The notes under the pieces were generated by a model. The model was not told the origin of the DNA. It ran no database searches and was given only the letters and a program-made list of their open reading frames with translations. Shown here in pieces: positions 1-10,244 of a DNA stretch of 64,000 bases. Location of the stretch: assembly GCA_016840085.1 (NCBI GenBank), contig JAEOTA010000064.1, positions 1-64,000 on the forward strand, written 5' to 3'. Origin of the DNA: Promethearchaeota archaeon (lineage in GTDB: Archaea > Asgardarchaeota > Lokiarchaeia > Sigyniarchaeales > SOKP01). Position numbers and translations under genes: made by a program. Positions within the stretch are counted from its first letter, which is position 1; each line of letters starts with the position of its first letter.

Positions 1-5
1 ATCAC

Positions 6-980
6 TTGTTAATAACTTCTAAGAATATAGTTGATGATGACTATGCGTGGAAAGTTATGGCAAAAGCTACCAAATATCCCTATGATGATGAGAGTGATAA
101 TTATGAAACATTGAAAATGGGCTTAGAAGGCGGTTATGATCCAAGTGGTCGTTATATCAAATTGCGAAGACACCATCCTTATACTTATGGAAATGAAAAA
201 GAAGTACCTTTAAAGAAAAAACCTGAAGAAAAATATCCAGGAGAATGGAGAGATAAATGGGAAGAAGATAAAGATTATACAGTTAGTTGGCCACCTGAGG
301 ATATCTTAGAAGAAGATTATTTTGCTTTCATAAGAAAAAAGACTATTAAGAATTTAAAAAATCAGAGAATAAAAATTGAAGAATTTAAATCCAGTTTAAT
401 GGATGGAATTGCAATTAAAGAAACTATTAGGAATTGGGCTTTCAAGAAAAAGATTTATGTCCAAAATATTCAACAAATGCAAGGGAAAATCGATACTATT
501 GTTGTAATATTTGATATAGATGATGAAGATGTCGAAAAATATCCTTATAAATTAACTTGGTGGGCAGAACATGATCGGGAAAGTGATATGGCTTTTTATT
601 CAACAAATCCTGGTGATTATATTATTGGTCCAGGGATTACACATGTAGAAGTTGGAGGATTGCTGTCGATCTTTCCAGCAATATTTCTAAGATCCATTTT
701 TGATCCGTATATGGATTATGAATATAAAGATACAAAGAACAAAGCAGAACGCCTACTTAAGGCAGCTATTATTTATTCAAAAGAACGTTATATCGCCTAC
801 GCAGCAAAAGAACCACCTCGCAAATATTTCTATTCACTAGCAGGAATTAAAAATCGCGAATTGGTTTATATTCCAATAGATAATTTTAGTAAAGACTCAC
901 TTAAAACAATCAAACATATTCATATTCTTGCTGGGAGGGACAAAAGAAAAATTGCTCATAATTATATATTTTTGGATTGA
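6..980 (+). CDS. Conserved hypothetical protein, C-terminal part (5' truncated by window edge)
   Basis: 324-aa ORF whose frame is open to the window start. It has protein-like composition, but no function could be recognised with confidence. Confidence 0.7.
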   Translation: MLITSKNIVDDDYAWKVMAKATKYPYDDESDNYETLKMGLEGGYDPSGRYIKLRRHHPYTYGNEKEVPLKKKPEEKYPGEWRDKWEEDKDYTVSWPPEDILEEDYFAFIRKKTIKNLKNQRIKIEEFKSSLMDGIAIKETIRNWAFKKKIYVQNIQQMQGKIDTIVVIFDIDDEDVEKYPYKLTWWAEHDRESDMAFYSTNPGDYIIGPGITHVEVGGLLSIFPAIFLRSIFDPYMDYEYKDTKNKAERLLKAAIIYSKERYIAYAAKEPPRKYFYSLAGIKNRELVYIPIDNFSKDSLKTIKHIHILAGRDKRKIAHNYIFLD

Positions 981-1043
981 TGATGAAATAAATATAGAAA
1001 ATACCGTAATATTTTTTAGATCATTTTACCTTATTTAAATTAT

Positions 1044-1188
1044 AAAGTGGATGTGGATGCTATGAATATGTATACTAAATTCTTAAGTTTTGCAAAGAAT
1101 ATTATTAAGACCATATCCACGATTATTATTATCTAAATTCATTTATTTGTGAAGTGAATTTTCTAAACTTTTACTCCACATCCTGCTT
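1044..1188 (+). promoter_or_regulatory. Putative structured leader/switch element upstream of ileS
   Basis: GTGGATGTGG(A) 1047-1057 is complementary to both CCATATCCAC 1111-1120 and TCCACATCC 1175-1183. Internal hairpins lie at 1081-1110 and 1136-1160. Confidence 0.3.
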
Positions 1189-1299
1189 CATAAATAAAGT
1201 ATATGTGAATTATGATATAATCTCATAAATGTTAATTAAATATTTTTTTAATATTTTTAAGTTAAAAAAACTGATGGATATAAAAAAATCTTAAGTAAG

Positions 1300-4164
1300 G
1301 TGTTAAAAATTTCATATAATGAAAAAGAAGTAGAACTTTTGGAATTTTGGCAAGAAAATGAAATATTTGAAAGAAGTGTGGAGCAAAGACCAAAGGAAAA
1401 ACCATTTATATTTTATGATGGCCCCCCATTTGCCACTGGTTTACCCCATTACGGTCATATATTAAGTTTTGTTACAAAGGATGTATTTCCAAGATATTGG
1501 ACAATGAAAGGCCACCACTGTGAAAGAAGATGGGGTTGGGATTGCCATGGTTTGCCAATAGAGAGTATTTGTGAAAGAGCACTAAATTTAAAGCAGAAGA
1601 ACGAAATATACGAAATGGGTGTTGGTAATTTCAATGAATTTTGTCGATCAAAGGTGCTTTGGTATACAAATGAATGGAAAATAACTGTTGATAGAATGGG
1701 TAAGTGGATAGATTTTGATAATTCTTATAAAACTATGGATAGTACGTATATGGAAACTGTGTGGTATATTTTTAAGAAAATATACACCGAAGGGTTCGTG
1801 TATAGGGGTAAAAAAGTACTGTTTTATTGTCCTCGGTGTGAAACTCCACTTTCTAATTTTGAGATTTCGATGGATAACAGCTATAAGGATATTACTGAAC
1901 AATCTATAACAACAAAATTCAAATTGAAAGGAGAATCAAGAACTTATTTTCTAGCTTGGACCACAACGCCCTGGACCTTAATCGGGAATGTAGCTTTAGC
2001 TGTAAATAGTGAACGAAAATATGTAAAAATAAAGCTTAATGATGAATATTTAATATTGATAAAGAACCAGCTGGCGATAATTAAAAAAGATTATGAAATC
2101 GTTGAAGAATTTAAGGGAAAAGCCCTAATAAATAAAGAATATGAACCTCTATATCAAGTATCTACAGATATTAATAAAAAGGGGCATTTTATAATTGATG
2201 GTGGTAGCGAAGTGTTATCTGATGAGGGAACAGGAATTATACACCTAGCGATATATGGGGAATTTGATTACGAAATGATAAGAAAGTATGACCTCCCCAT
2301 AATTCAGCATATTGATGAACATGGTGATCTGGCTGATGGCCCAAGAGATTGGATAGGAATGTGGTTTAAAGATGTAGATGAAGAGGTCTTAGAGGACTTA
2401 GAACAACGGAACCTTTTATTTAATGCAGAAGATTACACACATTCATATCCATTTTGTTATAGATGTGATACTCCATTAATATATAATGCTCTTGATGCAT
2501 GGTTTATAGATATTCAACGAATAAAACCAAGGCTTTTAGAAACGAATGAAAGAATCAACTGGTATCCTAAAGAAATTTCTAGAAAATATCAAAGTATTGT
2601 AAATAGTGCTCCTGATTGGTGTATCTCAAGAAATAGATTTTGGGCTACTGCTATGCCCATTTGGGAATGTGAAGAATGTAAACAAATTAAAGTCATCGGA
2701 TCCATTAAAGAATTGCAGGAAAATGCGGTTGAAAACGTTCCTGATGATTTAGATCTACATAGGCATATAGTTGATGAAATACATCTTAAATGTTCATATT
2801 GCGGTAAAGTTATGAATCGTGTACCTGAAGTCTTTGACTGCTGGTTGGAATCTGGATCAATGCCATATGCCGCAAAACATTATCCGTTTGAGAATGTGGA
2901 ATGGTTTAAACATAATTTTCCGAGTGATTTTGTTTCTGAGTATATTGGACAAGTTAGGGCGTGGTTTTATTATATGCATGTAATATCTGTTCTCTTATTT
3001 GATGACATTCCATTTAAAAATGTTGTTGTAAATGGCATTATACTCGCTGAAGATGGATCTAAAATGTCTAAATCGAAAAGAAATTTCCCTGATCCAAACC
3101 TAATAATTGAAAAATATGGAGCTGACGCCTTAAGAATTTATCTAATGTCATCTCAATTAATGAGGGCACAAGATTTAAATTTTAAAGAGGAAATTGTAAA
3201 GCAAGTGTACCGAAGATTTAATTTATTGTTAATAAATGTTCTAAAATTTTATTCATTGATTAATATTAATAATCTTACTGTGGATATAACACATTCAGAT
3301 AATATTTTAGATCGATGGATTATAAGTTTATTGAATAACCTTATACGGGATATTACACAACTAATGGATGATTATGACACAGCAGAAGTAAGTAGATTAT
3401 TCTTCAATTTCATTGATGATCTCTCTACATGGTATATTAAAAATAGTAGATATAGATTTAAAAGTGAGAATATAAATGATAAATTATCAGCGATGAATAC
3501 ATTGTCATATATACTTTACAATTTGGCAAAACTCCTGGCTCCTTTAACTCCATTTATTTCAGAGATAATATACCAGAAATTGAAAGAGAGAGGACTCGTA
3601 AATTTAAAATCAGTTCATTTAGAATACTGGCCTGAATTTGATGAAAAATTGCTTGATGGTGAAGTTCATAAAAATATGGATTTGACAAGAGAAATTGTAA
3701 GAAGATCCTTAGAATTAAGAGATAAATCTAAAATTCCAATTAGACAGATTTTAAATAATGTAACTTTAAGAGGAGTGAATCTAGATAAGGAGTATTTGGA
3801 TGTTATAGCAGACGCTATAAATGTGAGAAATGTATTAATTGAAAAAGGAGATGAAGCTGAACATTTGGTAGAATTAGACACAATAATAACACCAGAGTTG
3901 AAGTTAGAAGGAATTGCTAGAAACTTGATAAGACATTTGAATAATTTTAGAAAACAACTGAATCTATCAACTAAAAATAGGATCAACTTATATTTAAAAA
4001 CCAATAATCGAGAAATTACGGAAGCTCTAGGAAAACATGAAGATAAAATTAAGAAGATGATTCAAGCAGATACAATCATTCAAAATGTGAAAGGAAAGGA
4101 AGGTACTAAGAAATTTAAAATAGAAAATGACCTTGTTGAAGCATTTATTGAGATAAAAAATTAA
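1300..4164 (+). CDS. ileS: Isoleucyl-tRNA synthetase (archaeal/eukaryote-like type 2)
   Basis: DGPPFATGLPHYGH (HIGH-like), GWDCHGLP, AWTTTPWTL editing motif, WCISRNRFW, KMSKS. Confidence 0.96.
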   Translation: MLKISYNEKEVELLEFWQENEIFERSVEQRPKEKPFIFYDGPPFATGLPHYGHILSFVTKDVFPRYWTMKGHHCERRWGWDCHGLPIESICERALNLKQKNEIYEMGVGNFNEFCRSKVLWYTNEWKITVDRMGKWIDFDNSYKTMDSTYMETVWYIFKKIYTEGFVYRGKKVLFYCPRCETPLSNFEISMDNSYKDITEQSITTKFKLKGESRTYFLAWTTTPWTLIGNVALAVNSERKYVKIKLNDEYLILIKNQLAIIKKDYEIVEEFKGKALINKEYEPLYQVSTDINKKGHFIIDGGSEVLSDEGTGIIHLAIYGEFDYEMIRKYDLPIIQHIDEHGDLADGPRDWIGMWFKDVDEEVLEDLEQRNLLFNAEDYTHSYPFCYRCDTPLIYNALDAWFIDIQRIKPRLLETNERINWYPKEISRKYQSIVNSAPDWCISRNRFWATAMPIWECEECKQIKVIGSIKELQENAVENVPDDLDLHRHIVDEIHLKCSYCGKVMNRVPEVFDCWLESGSMPYAAKHYPFENVEWFKHNFPSDFVSEYIGQVRAWFYYMHVISVLLFDDIPFKNVVVNGIILAEDGSKMSKSKRNFPDPNLIIEKYGADALRIYLMSSQLMRAQDLNFKEEIVKQVYRRFNLLLINVLKFYSLININNLTVDITHSDNILDRWIISLLNNLIRDITQLMDDYDTAEVSRLFFNFIDDLSTWYIKNSRYRFKSENINDKLSAMNTLSYILYNLAKLLAPLTPFISEIIYQKLKERGLVNLKSVHLEYWPEFDEKLLDGEVHKNMDLTREIVRRSLELRDKSKIPIRQILNNVTLRGVNLDKEYLDVIADAINVRNVLIEKGDEAEHLVELDTIITPELKLEGIARNLIRHLNNFRKQLNLSTKNRINLYLKTNNREITEALGKHEDKIKKMIQADTIIQNVKGKEGTKKFKIENDLVEAFIEIKN

Positions 4165-4240
4165 CAAATATCTAAAGAAGAATACAAAAATCTTTAGAAC
4201 TTCCGTAAAATTCTTATTTTTACTTATTCTTTATTATTTT

Positions 4241-5668
4241 ATGCTTAAAATCTATAATACTATGACTCGGCAAAAGGAAGTATTTAAGCCTTTAGAGGAA
4301 GGTCGAGTAAAAATCTACACATGTGGCCAAACCGTTTATGATGATGTACATATTGGTAATGCTAGAACTTATAGTTCTTGGGACGTGGTTATCAGATACC
4401 TCCGATACAAAGGTTACAATGTGTTCCATGTTCAAAACTTCACTGATGTCGGTCACTTAACTGATGATGCTGACCAAGGAGAAGATAAAATTGAAAAGAG
4501 AGCAAAAGAAGAAAAAATTAATCCCTGGGAGCTTGTCGATAGACAAATTCAAGAGTATTGGCAGGTTATTGATGATTTAAATATTCAAAGACCAAATATA
4601 TCTCCAAGAGCAACAGCTCTTATACCAGACATGATTGAACTTATTAAAATTTTGTTAGAAAAAGGTTATGCTTATGAAGTACAAGGAAACGTATATTACG
4701 ATACTGCCAAGTTTAAAGACTATGGAAAACTTGCGAGATTGAAACTTGATGAAGAAAAGGCAAGAGCACGTGTAGGCCAAGACCCATTGAAAAAGAATTA
4801 TTTTGATTTCGCGCTATGGTTGAACGCACAGAAGGGAGATCAAGTCCATATTATGAGATGGAATTCTCCTTGGGGTGAAGGATATCCAGGTTGGCATCTT
4901 GAATGCTCGGTAATGGGAATGAAATATTTAGGAGACACCTTAGATATTCATGGTGGGGGAATTGATCATATTCCTACTCATCATCCCAATGAGATTGCTC
5001 AGTCTGAAGCGGCTACAGGAAAAAAGTTTGTAAATTATTGGATGCATGCCGAATTTATAACTTTAAATGGAAAAAAAATGAGTAAAAGCCTTGGAAACTA
5101 TGTCACCGCACGTGAATTAATTGATGAACATGGAGGACTTGTTGTGCGAATGGGTCTCGTCTCAGGGCATTATCGTTCTGCAGTGGATTGGAATCCAGAT
5201 GTTATTGAAAACGCAAAAAATAATATAGAAAAAATAAGAAATTGTTTAAATGCAATTGAAGATGCTTCTGGTGGAAAGGTAGTAACTCTTAAATTGGCAA
5301 TAAAAGATGTCAGAAAGGATTTTGAGGAAGCAATGGATGACGATTTTAATAATCCAAAAGCTCTTGCAGCTATATATGAATTTATAAAGAAGATTAATAG
5401 TTCATTAGATAACAAAAAAGAAATACTTATTCAAGCAAGGCAAACGTTACTTGAACTTCTCGGCACCTTTGGTCTTGGTTTCACTAGAAAAGAAGAAGGT
5501 GTTGATATAAAACTAAATGAGATAATTGATATAATACTTAATATTCGCGAACACGCAAGAAAAGAAAAAAATTATGAATTAAGCGATGAAATTAGAGAAA
5601 AATTAAGAAAAGTTGGAATTCAAATTGAGGATGGAACCGAAGGAGCACGATGGAAAATAACTACATAA
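4241..5668 (+). CDS. cysS: Cysteinyl-tRNA synthetase
   Basis: CGQTVYDDVHIGN, PGWHLECS, DIHGGG, KMSKSLGN, C-terminal anticodon-binding helix bundle. Confidence 0.97.
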   Translation: MLKIYNTMTRQKEVFKPLEEGRVKIYTCGQTVYDDVHIGNARTYSSWDVVIRYLRYKGYNVFHVQNFTDVGHLTDDADQGEDKIEKRAKEEKINPWELVDRQIQEYWQVIDDLNIQRPNISPRATALIPDMIELIKILLEKGYAYEVQGNVYYDTAKFKDYGKLARLKLDEEKARARVGQDPLKKNYFDFALWLNAQKGDQVHIMRWNSPWGEGYPGWHLECSVMGMKYLGDTLDIHGGGIDHIPTHHPNEIAQSEAATGKKFVNYWMHAEFITLNGKKMSKSLGNYVTARELIDEHGGLVVRMGLVSGHYRSAVDWNPDVIENAKNNIEKIRNCLNAIEDASGGKVVTLKLAIKDVRKDFEEAMDDDFNNPKALAAIYEFIKKINSSLDNKKEILIQARQTLLELLGTFGLGFTRKEEGVDIKLNEIIDIILNIREHARKEKNYELSDEIREKLRKVGIQIEDGTEGARWKITT

Positions 5669-5697
5669 AGAGTAATTTATAAAAAAAAAAAAGATAA

Positions 5698-6126
5698 TTA
5701 ACGAATAATTAGATCCCATTTATTAAAACGAGCAGGATCTCCTCCATTTTCGATAAAACTAACATAATTTTTTAAGCCTTCTAACATTAAATCTGCTGTT
5801 TTCTTATATGATTTTGTTAATTTTTTATCGTCAAATTCAGTCCAAATTTTAACATCTGTCCCCTTTGTTTTAGGATCTAAAATATATCCGATGGAATGTA
5901 CATCACTTTTTTCCATTTTCCATGTTGCAATTTTATTTTCTTCAGTCTCAATGTCTATAATTGTAAAACTTCCAAGATCAGTGTCTAATTTGATTTTTTG
6001 ATCTTCAATCTCAATTACACCACTTACAACTGGATTCCATTTGGGTGTATTAAATCCGTCTGTTACTATATTAAAAATTTTATCAGGAGTAGATTCAATT
6101 CCTATCTTTCTTTCAATTCTTGGCAA
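5698..6126 (-). CDS. SRPBCC/START-fold (polyketide cyclase-like) protein
   Basis: N-terminal IESTPDKIFNIVTD..PKWNP pattern and C-terminal helix typical of SRPBCC; TTG start. Confidence 0.7.
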   Translation of the reverse strand: MPRIERKIGIESTPDKIFNIVTDGFNTPKWNPVVSGVIEIEDQKIKLDTDLGSFTIIDIETEENKIATWKMEKSDVHSIGYILDPKTKGTDVKIWTEFDDKKLTKSYKKTADLMLEGLKNYVSFIENGGDPARFNKWDLIIR

Positions 6127-6330
6127 AAAATCACTATATTTTAAAGTTTAGATAAATATATGATTTTCATTCTTTTATACATTTGTATAGAATCAATTTG
6201 AAAAATTAAAGAGTTTCTCTATATTTTATGGAATTTAGAGATTAAAAGAAGAAGCAAATAATATTTTTATTAGTTACATTATCTAAAATTAAATTATAAT
6301 AATAATAAATTTAAATAAGGTTAAAATGAA

Positions 6331-7086
6331 ATGGAATTAAGTTCTATGACTATTTGCATAACAGGTGCCTCAAGTGGTATTGGACACGCAATAAGTTTAG
6401 GGTTTCTTAAAGATGGAGCTAAAGTTGTAGCTGTAGACATTAATGGTGAAGGATTAAAACCACTTGAAGAAAAAGGAGCAATTATTAAAATCATCGATGT
6501 AACTGACTTTACTCAGGTAAGTTCGATGGTTAAAACAGCTGTAGATGAAACAGGACGTCTTGATGTCCTCTTCAACAATGCTGGAATTGTACGAATAAGA
6601 AATATTCATGAATTCAAGGATGATGAATATGAACACGTGATTCGCGTCAACCTTTTTGGACCTGTTTATGGGATACGTGCTGCAATTCCCGTCATGAGAT
6701 CTCAGAACTTTGGTCGTATAATTAATCTTGTATCGCGAGCTGCTGAAGCCGGAGATAATGGAATGTCTCCATATAATTCCTCTAAGGCTGCCCTGTGGTC
6801 AGTGACAAGAAGTGCAGCAGTTGAAAATATAGATTATAATATTTTAATCAATGGTATGATTCCTGGACCAACAAAGACAAATATGAACCCACGTGGACAG
6901 AATCCTGAGCTTGTTTATCCTTCTGCTCGATGGATGGCTACATTACCTTCAGGAGGACCTACTGGTAAGGTCTTTTGGAATCAAAAAGAGTATGTTATGT
7001 TCAGTAAAGAGAATGTCACTTATAATTTCGTAAAAAAGGACTGGAAAACAGGTAAATCTACAGTATTAGATTTGAATGAGAGATGA
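6331..7086 (+). CDS. Short-chain dehydrogenase/reductase
   Basis: TGASSGIG, NNAG, catalytic YNSSK. Confidence 0.92.
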   Translation: MELSSMTICITGASSGIGHAISLGFLKDGAKVVAVDINGEGLKPLEEKGAIIKIIDVTDFTQVSSMVKTAVDETGRLDVLFNNAGIVRIRNIHEFKDDEYEHVIRVNLFGPVYGIRAAIPVMRSQNFGRIINLVSRAAEAGDNGMSPYNSSKAALWSVTRSAAVENIDYNILINGMIPGPTKTNMNPRGQNPELVYPSARWMATLPSGGPTGKVFWNQKEYVMFSKENVTYNFVKKDWKTGKSTVLDLNER

Positions 7087-7092
7087 TTTTAC

Positions 7093-7896
7093 GTGAGTAT
7101 TGAAAAATTTGATTTAGAAAACGTTCAGATTGAAGCCATTGTTAGTAGCTCAGGTGAGATTATTGTACTATTACCAAGTCTAGGAGCAGATGCTTCAAAT
7201 TATGATGATTTTACTCCTCTTCTTAATCAGGCTGGCTATAAGACAGTTGCAATGAATATGAGAGGAATTGCGGGAAGTAAAGGTCCATTAGAAAACCTTA
7301 CATTGCATGACCTTGCTAATGATGTGGCTGGGGTGATACAATCGTTAGGGGAAAACCCTGTCCATGTACTAGGTTGGGCATATGGAAATCGTGTAGCTCG
7401 TTGTCTTGCGGAAGATCACCCACACCTAGTTAAAACGGTAATTTTAGTAGCTGCAGGGGGTAAAGTTCCACCAGACGAAGAAACATCAAAAGCATTTGCA
7501 AAATTGTGGAGCCCTAGTTTAAGTAGAGAAGAAAGATTGGACGCGATAAAATTTTCGCTTTTCTCACCTTCAACAGACATGAAGACTGTTATTCAGGCAA
7601 TGACAGGGCGCAGAACTTGGCCAGAAGCAACTCAGGCTCAATCAAAAGCAAACCAAGCTACTCCCATTATAGAATGGTGGAACGGTGGACAAGCACCCAT
7701 GCTGGTTATACAAGGTATCGATGACCGGATGGCTGTTCCGGAAAATGGATATATCTTAAAAAGAGATAATGAAGAAAGGGTTAAATTGGTAAATATTGAT
7801 AAAGCAGGTCATCTTATGATTCATGAGCAACCAAAACAAGTAGCTGAAGAAATAATATCATTTCTTTTTTATCAAACTTCTGAAAACGATTGCTAA
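7093..7896 (+). CDS. Alpha/beta-hydrolase fold protein (nucleophile Ser replaced by Ala)
   Basis: GWAYG at the nucleophile elbow, QGIDD, AGHLM..EQP. Confidence 0.82.
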   Translation: MSIEKFDLENVQIEAIVSSSGEIIVLLPSLGADASNYDDFTPLLNQAGYKTVAMNMRGIAGSKGPLENLTLHDLANDVAGVIQSLGENPVHVLGWAYGNRVARCLAEDHPHLVKTVILVAAGGKVPPDEETSKAFAKLWSPSLSREERLDAIKFSLFSPSTDMKTVIQAMTGRRTWPEATQAQSKANQATPIIEWWNGGQAPMLVIQGIDDRMAVPENGYILKRDNEERVKLVNIDKAGHLMIHEQPKQVAEEIISFLFYQTSENDC

Positions 7897-8018
7897 GAAT
7901 AGATGAATAAAACTTTACAGCTGTTCAGTTTAATTTTTATTTAATTTTTTTAATCGAATTTAAAAAAAATAGTTAGAAAAAATTTATAATAAATTGTATA
8001 GGTTTTTTTTAAAAAAAG

Positions 8019-9761
8019 TTATTCTTTAATTGCCTCTAACAGTTCCTCGATTTCGGCTTGAATTATTTCCGGCTTCTTTGCCGTTTGACCATATATTGCT
8101 AATTTCCTCTCTATAATTGGACGATGCAAGGTGTTCATTGCGCAGAAGGGTATTTCGCTAACTTTAGTAGGATCGTCCGGATCGATGACTCCGTAATGGA
8201 CAAGGCATCTACATACCCTATCGAGGTCAAAGTTGTAAGCGTCTTGGAAATGCATCGATGAAATCATTAGATTGCGTGAATGTAGGAAATTTGCTGCTGA
8301 ACTGTAATTTGGTGCCATAATTAATCTACTGAAAGCCTGGAATGTTTTGCTAGTTATAACTTTTGCTGGATTCTTAATATATCTTACTGCTCCAGCAAAA
8401 TAATATGCTTTCATAATTTGTTTATATCCTAATTCCGTCATGTCATCAATAAAATCTCCAATTTTAGCAAAGATTTTCCCGAAATCTGCTAAATTAATAC
8501 CTTTTAATAACCCCGTAGGTTTTGGAATCTCTCGGTCTTGAACCATATCCCAAACTTTATTCGACCATTTTATTAAACCTTCAACATCAAAATAATTTTC
8601 AATAGACTCCCATTCGTTATTGTCATTCACAATACATATGGTACAAAAACCACAATCAGCGTGACTTGTCATGCTAAATGCCGGTACATCGTCGAACCAT
8701 GCTACCAATTTTGTAAATTTCGCTGTAAGTGCTATTGGATAGAATTTAGTAATTGCATTATTGGTATGTGCATTAATTGCATCTTTTAAATCGGAGGTTG
8801 TATATCTTATATCCATTAAATCTTCAAAACTTATTCGCCCAGTTAGAGAAACAGGTTGGAAAACAACACCAGACACAAGATCACAGTTATCTTTAGCATA
8901 ATCCATAATAGCGCCTATACAATGGTCATTTACTCCTTTAGCGATTACTGGAACTAACATAACCCCATAGAAACCAATCTTACGGGCGTTTTCTATAACC
9001 CTCTTTTTTAGAGGCCATAAATTCACACCCCTTATTTTTTTCCATACTTCTGGGTCATCTGTAGCATCAAATTGAAGGTATATCGCATTCATTCCAGCAT
9101 CCATACATTTCTTCATAAATTCAATAGATTTACCAAAACGGACGCCATTGGTTGTTACCATTATTTCTGTAAAGCCTAATTCTACACCTTTTCGGATAAT
9201 ATCGGGCAAATCATCTCTTACAGTTGGCTCTCCTCCTGAAATTTGAAGTAGAGGTGCAGGGATAGGCTTCATTGATCTAAAATGTTCCATTATTCGTGTA
9301 AGTTCTTCAAATGTAGGCTCAACAACATAACCCATTGCGCTTGCATTTGCAAAACATATAGGGCATGTAAGGTTGCATCGATTTGTTATGTCTATCAAGC
9401 ATATATTAGGGGCGCTTTTATGGTTTTCACACAGTCCACAATCATAGGGGCATCCTTTGTTTATTTTTTTAATTCCAGAAGATGTGTATTCGGGCTTAGT
9501 AGAATTATTTACAGTAGAACCTACTTCTTCTGTATATTTCTGTTGCCATTTATAATCTTCTGGATGAATAGAAAGTTTATCTTTAAATTCTCCATGTTCT
9601 TCGCAAGATTTTCGCATCATAACCCAATTTGTTTCGGGATCAACATAGATTTCTGCCTCAACATGTTTCATACATTCTGGACAAAGACTGGTAGTTGTCC
9701 GAATAATCTCAACGTCTTTACTTTGAGCAGTTTGAGACTCTAATTCTGTCATAAGAATCAA
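8019..9761 (-). CDS. tes: Radical SAM tetraether lipid synthase (Tes/GDGT-MAS, MJ0619 family)
   Basis: N-terminal SLCPEC...CEEHG, GCPYDCGLCENH, CxxxCxxC (CNLTCPIC), GGEPT, C-terminal MHFQDAYNFDLDRVCRC..IPFCAMN. Confidence 0.85.
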   Translation of the reverse strand: MILMTELESQTAQSKDVEIIRTTTSLCPECMKHVEAEIYVDPETNWVMMRKSCEEHGEFKDKLSIHPEDYKWQQKYTEEVGSTVNNSTKPEYTSSGIKKINKGCPYDCGLCENHKSAPNICLIDITNRCNLTCPICFANASAMGYVVEPTFEELTRIMEHFRSMKPIPAPLLQISGGEPTVRDDLPDIIRKGVELGFTEIMVTTNGVRFGKSIEFMKKCMDAGMNAIYLQFDATDDPEVWKKIRGVNLWPLKKRVIENARKIGFYGVMLVPVIAKGVNDHCIGAIMDYAKDNCDLVSGVVFQPVSLTGRISFEDLMDIRYTTSDLKDAINAHTNNAITKFYPIALTAKFTKLVAWFDDVPAFSMTSHADCGFCTICIVNDNNEWESIENYFDVEGLIKWSNKVWDMVQDREIPKPTGLLKGINLADFGKIFAKIGDFIDDMTELGYKQIMKAYYFAGAVRYIKNPAKVITSKTFQAFSRLIMAPNYSSAANFLHSRNLMISSMHFQDAYNFDLDRVCRCLVHYGVIDPDDPTKVSEIPFCAMNTLHRPIIERKLAIYGQTAKKPEIIQAEIEELLEAIKE

Positions 9762-10123
9762 TTTTTGTTTTAGTTAAATTACTATTTTTTTAATAAAATA
9801 GTTATCAAAGTTTTTATATTTTATGATTTGAATAATAGGATTATCAATATTATTAAAAAACGTTGAAATTTTTATTAAAATTGGGAATTTGACTTTTTAG
9901 TTTACATTTTTTATTTTATTTTTATAATCTAAAGCTAATTTATATCATATCGTGTAAAGATTTAGGCTCAAAACTCTTCTATTGATTAAGGATTTTTACT
10001 TTCCAGATATTTTGACAATTTTTTTTTCTCCATAAAACCGTTATTAGATATAATTGTTAAGACAATTGAATATTAAATTTATGTAATCAATTTTTTTAAT
10101 GCTTTTAGAGATTAATAAAGGGT

Positions 10124-10244
10124 GACTCCTGCCAAACTAGACGCAATAACGCGTCAAAAAATACAATAGGGGGAGGAGGGCGAAATCAGAGTGTAAGAAT
10201 TTACACTACCAAAAGACAAAAATCCAGGGTGTTAGGCAGGAGTC
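10124..10244. ncRNA. Candidate structured ncRNA (or MITE-like element), 121 bp
   Basis: GC-rich island in AT-rich intergenic DNA. Terminal stem GACTCCTGCC(A)AAC/GTT(A)GGCAGGAGTC; internal hairpins GACGC/GCGTC and AGTGTAA/TTACACT. Confidence 0.5.

Noticed and set aside
981-1299. T-box riboswitch before ileS
   Set aside because: No T-box antiterminator consensus (UGGNACC) or specifier stem recognisable.
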